A stretch of DNA of 64,000 nt from Raillietiella orientalis (lineage: Eukaryota): positions 1,612,001-1,676,000 of the forward strand of contig JAYWIR010000033.1 of NCBI GenBank assembly GCA_036172245.1. Direction: 5' to 3'. Under the pieces are notes generated by a model, which worked only from the letters and a program-made list of their open reading frames with translations, made no database searches and was not told the DNA's origin. The position numbers and the translations under genes are program-made. Numbering within the stretch: position 1 is the first letter of the stretch; each line of letters begins with the position of its first letter. Below, one piece after another: positions 24,470 to 36,200 of the stretch.

Positions 24470-27400
24470 ATGGCGGAAGCCCATTCTGCAGTTGCTTTCA
24501 GTGTGCATGTGAATCATGAAGGAATCAACGTGAATTTTGACTTTGAAGCATTCAGATTGGTAGCTCTTTCAGGATTGCGGTCGTGGAGGAAACGCTATTA
24601 CAGATTTGTGGTAGGTGTACACAACGATCTAATGAAAAACCCAAACTTTCGATGGTGTATGTAACTGGGCGGTAGATAGTCGACTATCGCCGCATTCATT
24701 GCCGTACCGAGTTGCATGTTAGCAGCAGCAAATGTAGGTCATCATTCAGTGTACGGGGCATCTGAGGTTTTCCAGTGTTTTTAAAGCCAGATTTTTTAAA
24801 AGATTTACAGCTTGCCGTCGCCAAGCTTTACATATTAACAACAGTTTACAAATTTGCTGATTAATGATCGTGCCTCTAAGATTTGCAGATTTTTGTTTGC
24901 CAGATTCTTGAATAATTTGAAAAAAATAGCGGAAGTTTTGTTTGAATTCTCTAGCATTAATTTTAAGATAGAAATTTCGTAGAACCTGAACTCGTTTCAA
25001 ACCAGAACAGGGAGGCATCGGGGGCATTTCCAAAATTTTGGTGTGATGCTACTTGAATAATCCCAACTATTATTGCAGAATGACGTAAAATGCGGCATTT
25101 ATCCAATACCCCTATCTAGCTTGCCATGGCTGATGGTTCTTATAGTTGCATTAAATTTTGCAGACATTCGTTATAATTTCTTCAGTGCATACTCATCAAC
25201 GGAAACAAGGTAAAAGTAATTTCTTTTTGTTTATGCATTCATTTTATATCTGTGATCATTTTTCTCCGTCTGTGTGATCAAGTCTCGTGTTTCGTTAGTA
25301 TTTGTTTTCCTTGGATGTAGATTCATTATTGTTTTCTGATAAATGAAGTATTGGTGAGAAGTCCAGTTGCAATCGAAGTTCGTGTATCGTGAAGCATGTA
25401 GTTTTCTCAAACGGAAGAGTAGGATGAGATTCCATTTCCGCGTGCATGATTCGCATTCCGTGTGCTGCGTGTGAAAAATCCCGCCTACATAGAAATCATT
25501 TCTCCATTCGATCCCCGTTTTATGTAGGAGGAGGAGATGTGGTGGCAGTCCTGGAAATTGCGTTTGCGATGCGATCGCAGGTTTCTACCACTCTTTGCAA
25601 GCAAGTTGAGCGTGAGCAAGTGGCGTGGACGATTCGGGCACCTCGGGTCCGCAGTTAGAGGATGATGTGGTTCCGTGGACAGAAAGCCAGCTCACGAAAG
25701 GCATGTCTGATAATTTGTTCCCACTTCTCGGCCTTTTGGCCAGGACCAAAGGGAGAATGGCAAATGTTGCAAAGAAATGGATTGATGCCACACCAGAACA
25801 CCCGTTTTTTTTTTTTTTTGTAACTGCAAGGTTGTGAACCCCATTGAGTTGTAAGGCCATGAAGTGGGGATGGCAAGAGAGAATTTACAAGTCGAAACCC
25901 GAAATTTCTCAGCACTACGAATTAGGAAATCAGCATTTTGCTTAATAGACCAATCATTCCTGGGGAGGAAATTTCGAAATTTCGTATTGCAATTCAAATT
26001 TTCATTAGAATCTTTGAAGTAATATTAGCAAGCTTGAAGCAGGTGATTGAACATAGTTGATTAGGCACCAAATAATTATTGGTTCCCTTGAAAATTTTGT
26101 TAAATATTAATGTTATAGTGAAAAATAGATCGTTGTATGCAGTTGTAATGTAGCTGATTTAGCTGTAATGTAGCAGTTTTTTTGCTTGTGTGTTAGAAGA
26201 CGATTTAATTATCAACATGTGTTTAAAATTTGTAATCAGTTCAGCTCGGATCTTTGATACTTAATAAACTGCTTTATCTCTAGTACTTCATGGAGATGGA
26301 TTTACAGATGCGCTGGTTGCTTGCTGAGTGGTTTGTTGTGCTGGGTGGCTGCTTCTTTACTTCTCAAATATTTGCTCAAGTTATTTTTTACGTATCAAGG
26401 TAGGGTTTTTGATCATTGTGCTTGTAAAAAATACTGTTCTAAAGGATGGATGTATGAAAGCAGAGTTAAAGGATCAAAGTTAAGTTGGAAAACAACACTA
26501 TGGAGCCATCTCGTTTGTTTCCTGCAGGGAAGAAAGCCTATGCTGTATAGCTATCAGGGATCTTTGCCTTGCTTGCCTTTGCCATGTCTAAAGAGTACTG
26601 TAAATAAGGTTTGCATCTTTATCTTTGTTCAGTAACCCAAAATGTAAGTATGCCTTTTGTGTTTTATAGTATTTATGTAGTATGCGACCTCTTTTGAGTG
26701 ATGAAGAGTACAAACAACAAGAGAATATGGCACAAGATTTTTTGCAAGGCATTGGGAAAAAACTGCAGCGCTATCTGTTTCTAAAGTCATGGTAAGTGTC
26801 TGAAAGAATGTTATTTTGTTTGAGGCATGGCTTCAGGTGGGCCAACAATTATGTATCTGATTGGTGGGAAGAATATGTTTACTTACGGGGTCGTGGCCCT
26901 TTGATGATTTCTTCTAATTATTATGGGACTGATACAGTGACTTATAAAAGTTCCATTCAGTCTGCTAGAGCTGCTAGTATAATTTACTCAGCATTGTGCT
27001 TCAGAAGAAAGATTGAGCAAAGAAACCTGCCACCTGTAAGTTGTAATTTGTAGTAGACTCATTAAAATGTGTTCAGATCATGCTTCAAAATTTGGTACCT
27101 TTGTGCAGTTGGCAGTATGAACGGATTTTCAACACTACTCGTATCCCAGATGTAGAAAAAGATGAAAGTGTGCACTACGATACCAGCAATCACATAGTGG
27201 TGTACCATGCTGGTAGGTATTTTCTAGTGCCAATCTATTACCAGAATAGGCCACTAAAACCATGTCAATTGCAAAGGTATGTCAGGTTTATATGGGGAGT
27301 TTTTTTTTTTTTAACTGTATTGTAGGCAATTGGAGATGATTCTTAATGATGACACCCCTCCCGATCAAGGAGAGAGGCAGATAGCAGCTCTTACTGCTGG

Positions 27401-28999
27401 CGATCGCACCCATTGGGCCAATGTTCGCCAGCAACATTTCATCCGTGGAGTCAACCAAAAGTCTTTGAGTATTATTGAGAAAGCAGCATTCGTGGTGGTG
27501 CTTGATGAAGTTAGCTATTTTACTGAGGTTAGTAAGCTTTAGAAGTGTTTTAGGTTCTCCAGATATCCTCTTCAAATTTTTAGCCAAATAATAACAAATT
27601 GGTCGAGTTTGCTCACAGCATGCTTCATGGATCTGGTTATGACCGTTGGTTTGACAAGTCCTTTAATATCATAGTTGGTGCCAATGGACGGGTCAGTGTT
27701 ATTAATTGGTGAGGATAAAACTAATGCAAATTACGTTGAAGGTTGGATTCAATGCAGAACATTCCTGGTTGGTAGCCTGGGGAAAGAATGATTAATTTTA
27801 GGGTTGATTATAGGGCAGATGCTGCTATCATGTCTCACTTATGGGAATATGTTCTGGGAATGGACATTTGCGATGATAGGTGAGGTTTCTTAATTTTTTT
27901 TTTTTCTTGTGGAAGCAACCACATTTTTTAGGTACGATGATGAAGGAAACACGTTGGGAATGTCTGCTGATGTGGATGTGTGTTCTCCCACCAAGCTTAA
28001 GTGGAATTTTTCAGAGGATTGCTTGCTGTCAATCAGCAAGTCCTGTGAAGTATGCAATTTGATATGACTGGACCATTTGCATGTTGAATGAAACATAGGA
28101 AGCAGAGCTGCACATTGATGATGTTGATCTGCATGTATTAATGCATTCTGCCTATGGGAAAGGCTTCATGAAAAAGTATCGAGTCAGTCCAGATGCATAT
28201 ATTCAGATGGCACTTCAGCTAGCCTACTATAGGGTAAGTCAGCATTTGCATCCTAGTGAAGTGCTGTTTGTGGTTCAGGATGCAGGATCCTTTAGCTTGA
28301 CATATGAGGCTTCCATGACACGCTTGTTCCGTGGTGGGCGCACAGAAACAGTTCGTCCTTGTACACTGGAGTCATGTGCTTGGGTTAGGGCTATGGAAAG
28401 CTCTGATGTGGATGTAAGTAATGCAATATTAAGCAAAATGCTTTATCTGAGGAATAAGGCCAAGGAGTGCTTCCTGTTATTTTCTGAAGCATGCATTAGG
28501 CACCAGCGATCCTATCAGGATGCCATGTGTGGAAAAGGAATTGATCGTCATCTTTTTTGCTTGTATGTGGTCTCACGCTATCTGCAAGTAGAATCACCAT
28601 TTTTATCGGTATGTATGAACTGCTTTTTTTTTTTATTTACCTTTTTTTTTTTTTTTTTCTCAAAGAAAGTCCTTAGTGAACCATGGAAATTATCTACTAG
28701 TCAGACCCCCAGTCGTCAGAGTTCAGAGTGTTGTTTGATGTCTGTAGATCAAATAAGTGCAGGGGGAGGTTTTGGTCCAGTGTCTGATGATGGCTATGGT
28801 GTTAGTTATATTATTGCGGGTGAGGATACAGTCTTCTTTCACATCTCATCCAAGAAGAGCTCCTTCAAAACTGTATGTACTTTTAATCTCCTGCATGTTT
28901 AATGTTGCAAATCTCATCATCCAGGATTCTCAACGGTTTTCTAAGCACATTGAAAAAGCCCTGAAAGACATCCAGAAATTGTGCATGGCATGCAAATAA
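24470..28999 (+). CDS. CPT1: Carnitine O-palmitoyltransferase 1 (spliced, 17 exons, 764 aa)
   Basis: Exons 24470-24610, 25079-25209, 26284-26399, 26445-26608, 26670-26791, 26837-27035, 27077-27276, 27326-27527, 27584-27691, 27742-27767, 27814-27879, 27932-28049, 28099-28233, 28279-28413, 28459-28608, 28666-28872, 28925-28999. All introns are GT-AG and phases are consistent. Motifs: [82 protein letters not shown] at 29313. Confidence 0.96.
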
Positions 29000-29799
29000 G
29001 GTGTGGTACAGCTGGAAGTAGCAACATTTTCTCAGTTGAATTTCACATTGCTGCAAGGGTAATGGGACCAGTCTTTTGCCAACATAATTGGAAAGCCAGA
29101 AGCAATTATTTGAGAGCTGCTGTTGGTCTTGATGTATATTTCAACTGTTCAGTAACAGGAAATTCACTTCAAGAACTTTTTTTTTATAAATCACAAGTGT
29201 GTGGCAATGGTTCATCAACATCACCTTTTATCAATTCAGTTGTGACAAGCATGTACCATGTGTGATGGAATTCTGTTTTTCATTTTCAGAACTAAAGAAA
29301 AACAATGTTCGTAATAAAACTTGCACCCCAAAGATGTATGATTGTATGTATGATGATGATTCTCGCTTTTTGGCTTTTTGCTTGATTTTTGATCACGTAG
29401 TTTGGGATATTTGCCGTTGATGAAGTATGGATAAACCATGATCAGTACCATGCTGTCTCCATTTGTATCATTTTTCAAAATTCACTTACACAGTTGGCGA
29501 TCCAAGGGAATATGGTGAAGGTTCCTAAATTTAAATTGAGTTTCCGCATAAAAAAGTTCATGATGGAAACAACATTCACACATTTTTGAGTGCTCAACAC
29601 GAAATTTGGGGAATGCTACTATGCAACAGGCATTGCCGTTTTATTGTCTTCTCGAAACAAATCCAAATGTAAAAACGAGAAAACACATTGTAAAGTCAGT
29701 AAATCCATTTCCTTTTTAAATGTTCGATAATTCTGCGCGCTAGTCTTATTGATCGTGCCCCCAAACTGATCTCATTTGCTGTTTGCTTTCACTGGACGG

Positions 29800-31650
29800 C
29801 TATTTTTCCTTTGCATTGAAAGCATCTTTCGAGAGCAGTCCATGCCCCAGTCAACGAAAAGGATTCAAGAGAACCCATCTCATCTGTTTTGAACACTCAC
29901 ATATGCAAAAAGCAAAACGCAATTGAGAATCGACAAGCAGAGGATGCATCAAATTAGTTTAGTAGTCAGCAGTTACATGTAAATTTTGATGTGTGCATAA
30001 CTTTCAAACTCGAGGTGACGTGCCAAATTAGATAATCAAATAATAAGTGCTTTTCCCAAGCTTGCATTTCATCTGAAATCAAGCTATGATTGCCTGTCGA
30101 GCAATCATCTACCTCCCATCCCCTCCCAGGGCCATTAGATTTTGCTCTGATGAACTTGGCTTACGGGTGTGGGAAATACGCGAATAACTCAATGTCAGTT
30201 ACAGAACGAGAGAAAAAAAAATCAACGTACGGTCCGCTTTCGGGGTCAAACTCTTGTGGAGAAGATACACCTTCACAATGGTCATCAATGTCTCTTCACT
30301 TTCTTTCTTTCACTTTAGGTTAAAATTTCTACAAAGACGAATATGTATCTTCAGAGTAGTCATCGATGGTCCCTTTACTTTCTTTCTTTTACTCTGGGTT
30401 AAGATTGCAATATTTTTTTTTGGTTAAAAATGGAACAGCGGTACAGGGGTTTGCTGGGACAATCCCATCAAATTCTGAAACCCCCGAAGTACAGACTTCA
30501 AGAGCTGAAGCGCTTTGCACGGATGCAAAATACAAATTTCAAAAACATGACGTGATGTGTCAACTTTCGTCTCACAGTGACCACCCCGACAGCCCACTCG
30601 TTCGTGACCCCCGCACTTTCGTGAAAGGCGAAGAGGCACAGGATCGGCCCTAAATGGGGGGGGGAAGGGTCAGGGGTACCAAATTTCGAGATGTAAGCAA
30701 TCGCTGGCAGTCTATTCTATCTCCCGAGCACGTGAAAATGGGAAAACTTCACGATTTATCTTTCAATAATTTCACTTTCCAGTCTTACTGATAGTTTTTT
30801 GTTAGTAGCGTCAGATTTTTCTGTTAAGACAGTTCCAATAATTCATACACCACACTTAACTGCATTTGTGCTCAGCTCCAGCAAAAGCTCACTTGTTCTG
30901 GATTTCGGATTCTGAATCGCAGTCATCGACGCGAAATGCGTGCTTTTTGGTTTTTTGCTGAATCCTAATTTGCTCTGATTGGTAAGTGAGCCTAGAGGTT
31001 TTCCATTTGGGCATACAAAAATACTTTTTGCAAGCTAGAAATATTGGATCTTCAGACGTTACTTGTATTTGATGATTTTTGAATTCTCTCGCTTTATTAC
31101 AGATATGCCGTGTGCTATGCATCAAAAACTGTATGACCCTCTCTTTTTATGAACTAAAGGTGTACGCCTGTCAAGACAAACCGAAGAAACAAGACCACAT
31201 TCTTCTTCTTCTTTTTGTTTGATTTTCTTAAATAAGTACAAAGCCACGAAAACGTCCAAGAAACATGCTCTAAGAATCACTTTTGAAAATTTAGAAATAT
31301 ACGAAAGGCAGAAATCCGCATTATTTTTACTTTGAAGTTTCAGTGCAACAGCCGGCTGGCAGCGGACTGAGACGTTCTGAGCGAAACGAAAAGGATTTTG
31401 CAAATCCGAACAATTTGCGGAGAAGTTGTGATAACAAGAATCCAGTAGTTCATACTGAATTTGATGATTCTGTGATCAGTTATTATTACGCCGCTTGCTA
31501 TGAATATTTGCACACTACGTTTCATTGATGATTTCCAATGAACAATCATGCAAGTAGCTTTACTCGTCTGTAGTAGGCTTACTGCTAAGTCTTCATTGCT
31601 TACAAGTGGGATTGAGGAGCCGAAAAAAAAGTATTTAAGGTTCATTGGCT
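29800..31650 (-). other. Possible poorly conserved or decayed multi-exon gene
   Basis: Several short AG...GT-bounded open segments on the minus strand (e.g. NHQIQYELLDSCYHNFSANCSDLQNPFRFAQ). No recognisable domain and no consistent model. Confidence 0.2.
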
Positions 31651-31787
31651 GGGGGTAAAAGAAAAATAGGTATTGTTATCGGTCTCTCAGTGATATTTAG
31701 AAGCATTTGTGCTTTCTGAGCGAAATACTGATCGTTGATCGGTACACTGAGCGTTGTTTACTGAGTAACAGCATTTTTATCTTTGAG

Positions 31788-31910
31788 ATGGAAGAACGAT
31801 TAGAAACGATGCGGAATGATCAAGGGGATATTCTGCCACGTCATGTGACCTCTCTGTTCCCAGTGGTCACGTTACGTACATTCAACAAAGTTCAATCTGA
31901 AGGATTTGAA
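31788..31910 (+). pseudogene. Mer3/HFM1-like (Ski2-like helicase) N-terminal fragment
   Basis: LPRHVTSLFPVVTLRTFNKVQSEGF resembles the LP...F...FNxxQSxxF Q-motif region that precedes Walker A in Mer3/HFM1. No Walker A exon is seen downstream. Confidence 0.45.
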
Positions 31911-33290
31911 GTCAAAGATCACTAGAACACTGAGCTGAAATCTCGTTTCCTGGAGTTTGGAACCAAATGAACTTCTGTCCGTCTTTATTGCGTGGACAGA
32001 CTGTGTGCATAAACAGTGTATGCAGGCACATTTACGTACAAGAATAACCTCTTATACATCTTTCAAAATGCTTGATTTTGAAGGTCCATAAGTCTTGTTT
32101 CGTTTTTCAGTATTAAGAGTCTGCATCCTTCAAGAAGGTAGATCAGTCTTTCATACTTTGCCTTTGTGTTGCTTGCTTTTGCAAGAGGAATCTGCAGCGT
32201 TACCCGCAAGAATGGTCACTAGGACTTGAGACCACCATGTGTCTCGGTCGAATGTCCTCATTCTCAAACAAGTTGAGACTTTCCTTGGGTTTCAGTGCAT
32301 CGCGGGAAGCTTCTCAGGAGTTTCGAATCAGTAGAGCAGAAGTGCGACCGCAGATTCGCAAAGAGCCTGCAAGGATGCAGAAGCAAATAGATGAAGCCGC
32401 TTGCTCCCAAGTTCGAGGGAGATCCGAATTCGAACTCGGTGTTCGTACCATGAGTGTCCTGCTGGGAAGTCGGCAAAGTGAGCTGACGCCTGCGTTCTTC
32501 CATTTGGCCACCAGTGGTCACACCACCCGTAAGAGGGTTGAAGAGGAAGAAGAAAAATGGCACACACACACACACACACATGTCTCCCAGCCATTTTGTG
32601 ACCTCCGTGGTATCTCCGCATTCCTGTTTGTCAGTCGAAATGGCTTCCGGTTTGTCGAGTGCAGTTTCAAGTTTCCAGTGGGGGGCTGTTTTCGGACGCA
32701 GATCGTAAAGAGATTATAAAACAACACGGTCTTATCGAAACGAAAGCAAACAAGCCCGGAAAAACTCACTTCTTTCGTACATATTACTGTGGAAATTTTT
32801 TTTTTTTTTGGCAGACGAGTGACTTTTGCTGATCGGAAGCGTGAAATTATCGAGCTGCCCTCCCCTCCCCATCCTCTCCCTCATTTTTTTTCCTTCTTCT
32901 CCCAAGTGATCAAGTTTTTGCTGTTCTCGACGAGATGAGGGGAGGCATCCGATCGGAGATCGTTCACAGTCTTCGGCCCATGCCACTGAAGCACTTTCGC
33001 AATCGAATTCACTGAAAAAAATCCGATTAAACACGAAGCAAAAGAAAGTGCCTCTTTAGTAGCGTACACGGCAGCACCCCGCTTTCCAGTTTCTCTTCTG
33101 CTCCCGATAACAGTGCTCTGAAGCATATCTGGTTTTCGTTTTCGAGATGCAACCTCCTAGCAACGGGATATTCATTTCAAAGAACTTTTAACCTTCAAAG
33201 AAGTTCAATATATGAGCACGCTCCTCAGGAACGAGCAATCTGCAGGAATCTGCGCACTGTTGTTAAACTAGCTAAAATTTTGGGCAGGCC

Positions 33291-36200
33291 ATGTCACCAA
33301 GGCATCTAAGGACTTTCTTTCTGCTGCATGTGTCCATTTGCATTTCAGGTAAGGATCAGTTCGATTTGTCTTTCGTTCTCCTTACCCCTCCCTGTTTTTC
33401 CGTGTGGTGGGGTATAAGGGTGCTGCCCGTTTCGTACCGTGCCAAGTTCTTGGTCAAGCTACCCGATGATTTATTGGGGTCGAGCAGAGAGCCATAACGA
33501 GCAGACAGCACTTTTGACACTTTCTGCATGAAAATCCACGAATCCTTCTGAGAAGTGAATTTGGAGCTGGAGCTCAGACGTGCCGCATGCTGTGCGTCAG
33601 CATACCCAATTATAGAATAAAAAAAAAAAAAAGAGAAATGAGATCCAAACTCTACCCAAGTGACCGTTTCCCGAGCACGTTCTAGACAGCGAGGACAAAG
33701 CGCGATTTTTCGAAAGGAAGCGCTCAAGAGAGCGGTAGAGACCATCCATGATGTGGACAGGTCATGGGACCGAAAGAAAATCAAGGGACAAGAAGTTTGA
33801 AGAGGCAATCTCTTCGTCTTAAGTATTTGCAGAGTCTTCCAAATGTAAGGCCTTCATTATGTTCCACATCGACTGGAGATCGGTTCTCTCATGGTAGGGA
33901 TGAACGAACATAAGGACACTTTGGAGGAGTGGCCGTTTTCCACCGAAAATTCATTGTAAAACGCATACCTCGACTTCTAGAAAGTGCACATTTTAAGCAC
34001 TTTCTAGAAAGCCCCATACATCGGAAAGGTCAGCCCCATACGTTTTATTGTACTGTGCTAGATTATTGAGTTGATTAGCTGCATTGCCTCTTGACATCTG
34101 GAGCGTGGAAGAAAGAAGGATGAACTAATCGTCCAGTTCGAGATCAGCGCCTGCCAGTTTGATCACTGAAGCGCAGTCCAGGAGCTGGATGTGGACATAA
34201 GAAGACATACAGAATGAAGGGTAAATTGAAACTCGGCCAGCGAGTACACGCGACTGAAAATGCAGCTGCCTGTTACCATGGCAGAGTAAGAGGCGAGGAG
34301 ACGTCAGTGACATTTCAAGATGGGATTAATGTGGGTGATTTTTGTTATTTGGGCGAACGTCAAGGCTGCGTTATTCGAGTACAAAGTTGGGCACACGACC
34401 GTGGCACTAAGCCATGCTGCGCCGCCGCAAGAAGAAAGTGGAACTGGTTTTCAGATGGCAGTCGCGCTCAAAGGGTCCCCAAGTGCCGACGCCCGTGAAA
34501 GGAGAATGTCACCAAGGTCACGGAACCAAGACAATCTTCAACTTTCTTCCGAGATAAAGATTTCCGAGATGAGACGCCAAGCAGCCGGTTTCGCCCCTCC
34601 GTCCGCAGAAGACGGAAACTGCAAGAGGGGCACTTTATCCATCATCGCCGCCAGTGGGCCGTGGCGGTCGTCGTAAACAGAACGAAGCGTGAGAGCACAA
34701 GCTTTGTGGAAACCCTTAGGGTTCTGTCTTTGTTTTTTCCTTCCAGCTTTTTCTCTCTTTTTTTTCGGTTTTTTTTTTTTTTTTGGTTCGCAAAGTACCT
34801 CAAGAGCCGTCGAGCTCCTCGCGGCTCACGCAGCTCACTGATGCTGTTCCACAGGCCACCCGAGGGTGCGTGTAATCTTCAAGATAGGAGGTACCCAGGG
34901 AGGGGCCTGCCCTATGAATCCAGGAATCGGGGGAAAGCCGGTTATTCTCTCCGGAAGGAATCCCGCAAGGGAACTGCTCCTGTTTCCTCCTCTGGAGAGA
35001 CCATCGAAGGGACACTTCCGAACTTTATCAGAAGGGCGCTCCCCGAAGGGATCGGCTCGCTTCCCTGCACTCTCTGGAGAGGTGGCTACACACCTACTCT
35101 CATCAGTACGACACGGAGGGTCCCCTACACTGTGAGGTCCGCTCCCTTGCACAAGCCTTGTCTTCTCCTTCCCCGTGGTAACGACAGAAGACAGGTTGCG
35201 TGCGCCTCGGATCGCCGCTCACGAGGTCTTTGTGAAGAATCCGTGTGGGGTGGTTGGGTGCTGCGTCTTCGTGAAAATCCCGATGCTTCCCTCCAGCATG
35301 GCATTCGGGGCCGGTGAGGTCGCGCGCGCGCGGGCGCGAAACCCACACCAGTTCTCAATGAAAGTGCAGGATTGCGGTCACCTTGGCAGCGCGCTGAGAC
35401 AGAAAGCCGAAATTCTGAACCGCGAGAAAGCCGAAAGGGCTTCCCAGAACTATTTCCCTGCATCCATTGCGTTTCTTTTTTTTTTTTTTGCTTTTTTTTA
35501 AAAGAGTAAAACAAAAAAAAAACACTTGATTGGATGTGGAGATGGAAGGAAGGAAGAGAGAGAAAAAAATTGAGGGTGAAACGGGGGGGAAGGGGGAAAG
35601 GGAGAGCAAGAAAAAAACCAAAAAACGGGCTGTAGGGAGGCAGGTAGCAAACTGGGAGCATGGCAGCTGCGAAGAGGAAAGGGCTGCGGGACCTCTTCAC
35701 CCCGCAGCCCGAAAATGGCGCGCGTGAGCACGGGAAGGGAGTTGGGCCTGTCACACCGACGGCCCTCAGGCTGCTTAGAGGCCTCGTCAGCAGATGGAGG
35801 ATGGCGGCCGAGGCAACCGAATACTCATCTTCAGGCTCCGTGGGTAGCTGTTGCTGGCCGTTACAGTCCATGTTTCCCTCCCGTATCCCGCGACTTCGTC
35901 TCCTCGGGATACGTGCGCCAGCGACGACCGACTGCCGCAGCTGCTCTCTATCGGGGTACCTCCTTCTTGCTGCTCGTCTTCTTTCTCCTTGCCACGCAAC
36001 GGCCGGAGGTGAAGGCGACGTTGCTGTCACTCGCTGTTCCTTGCTAAGCAGCGAGAAGCCGGTTTCGTTTCGCGAGCACCCAATTTTCCTGCGTGGGGAG
36101 CTTGCATCCTTATATGCGTTTCCTCGCCATCCCCGCACGAGGTCACGTTGGCGACGCTGCTCCGTCGATGCCCCCGGAGCCCGGCTTCCGTGGTACAGAG

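Noticed and set aside
34320..34390. Alternative signal-peptide exon for GBA (MGLMWVIFVIWANVKA)
   Set aside because: It has no strong donor in a compatible phase. 33291..33348 has CAG/gtaagg in the required phase 1.
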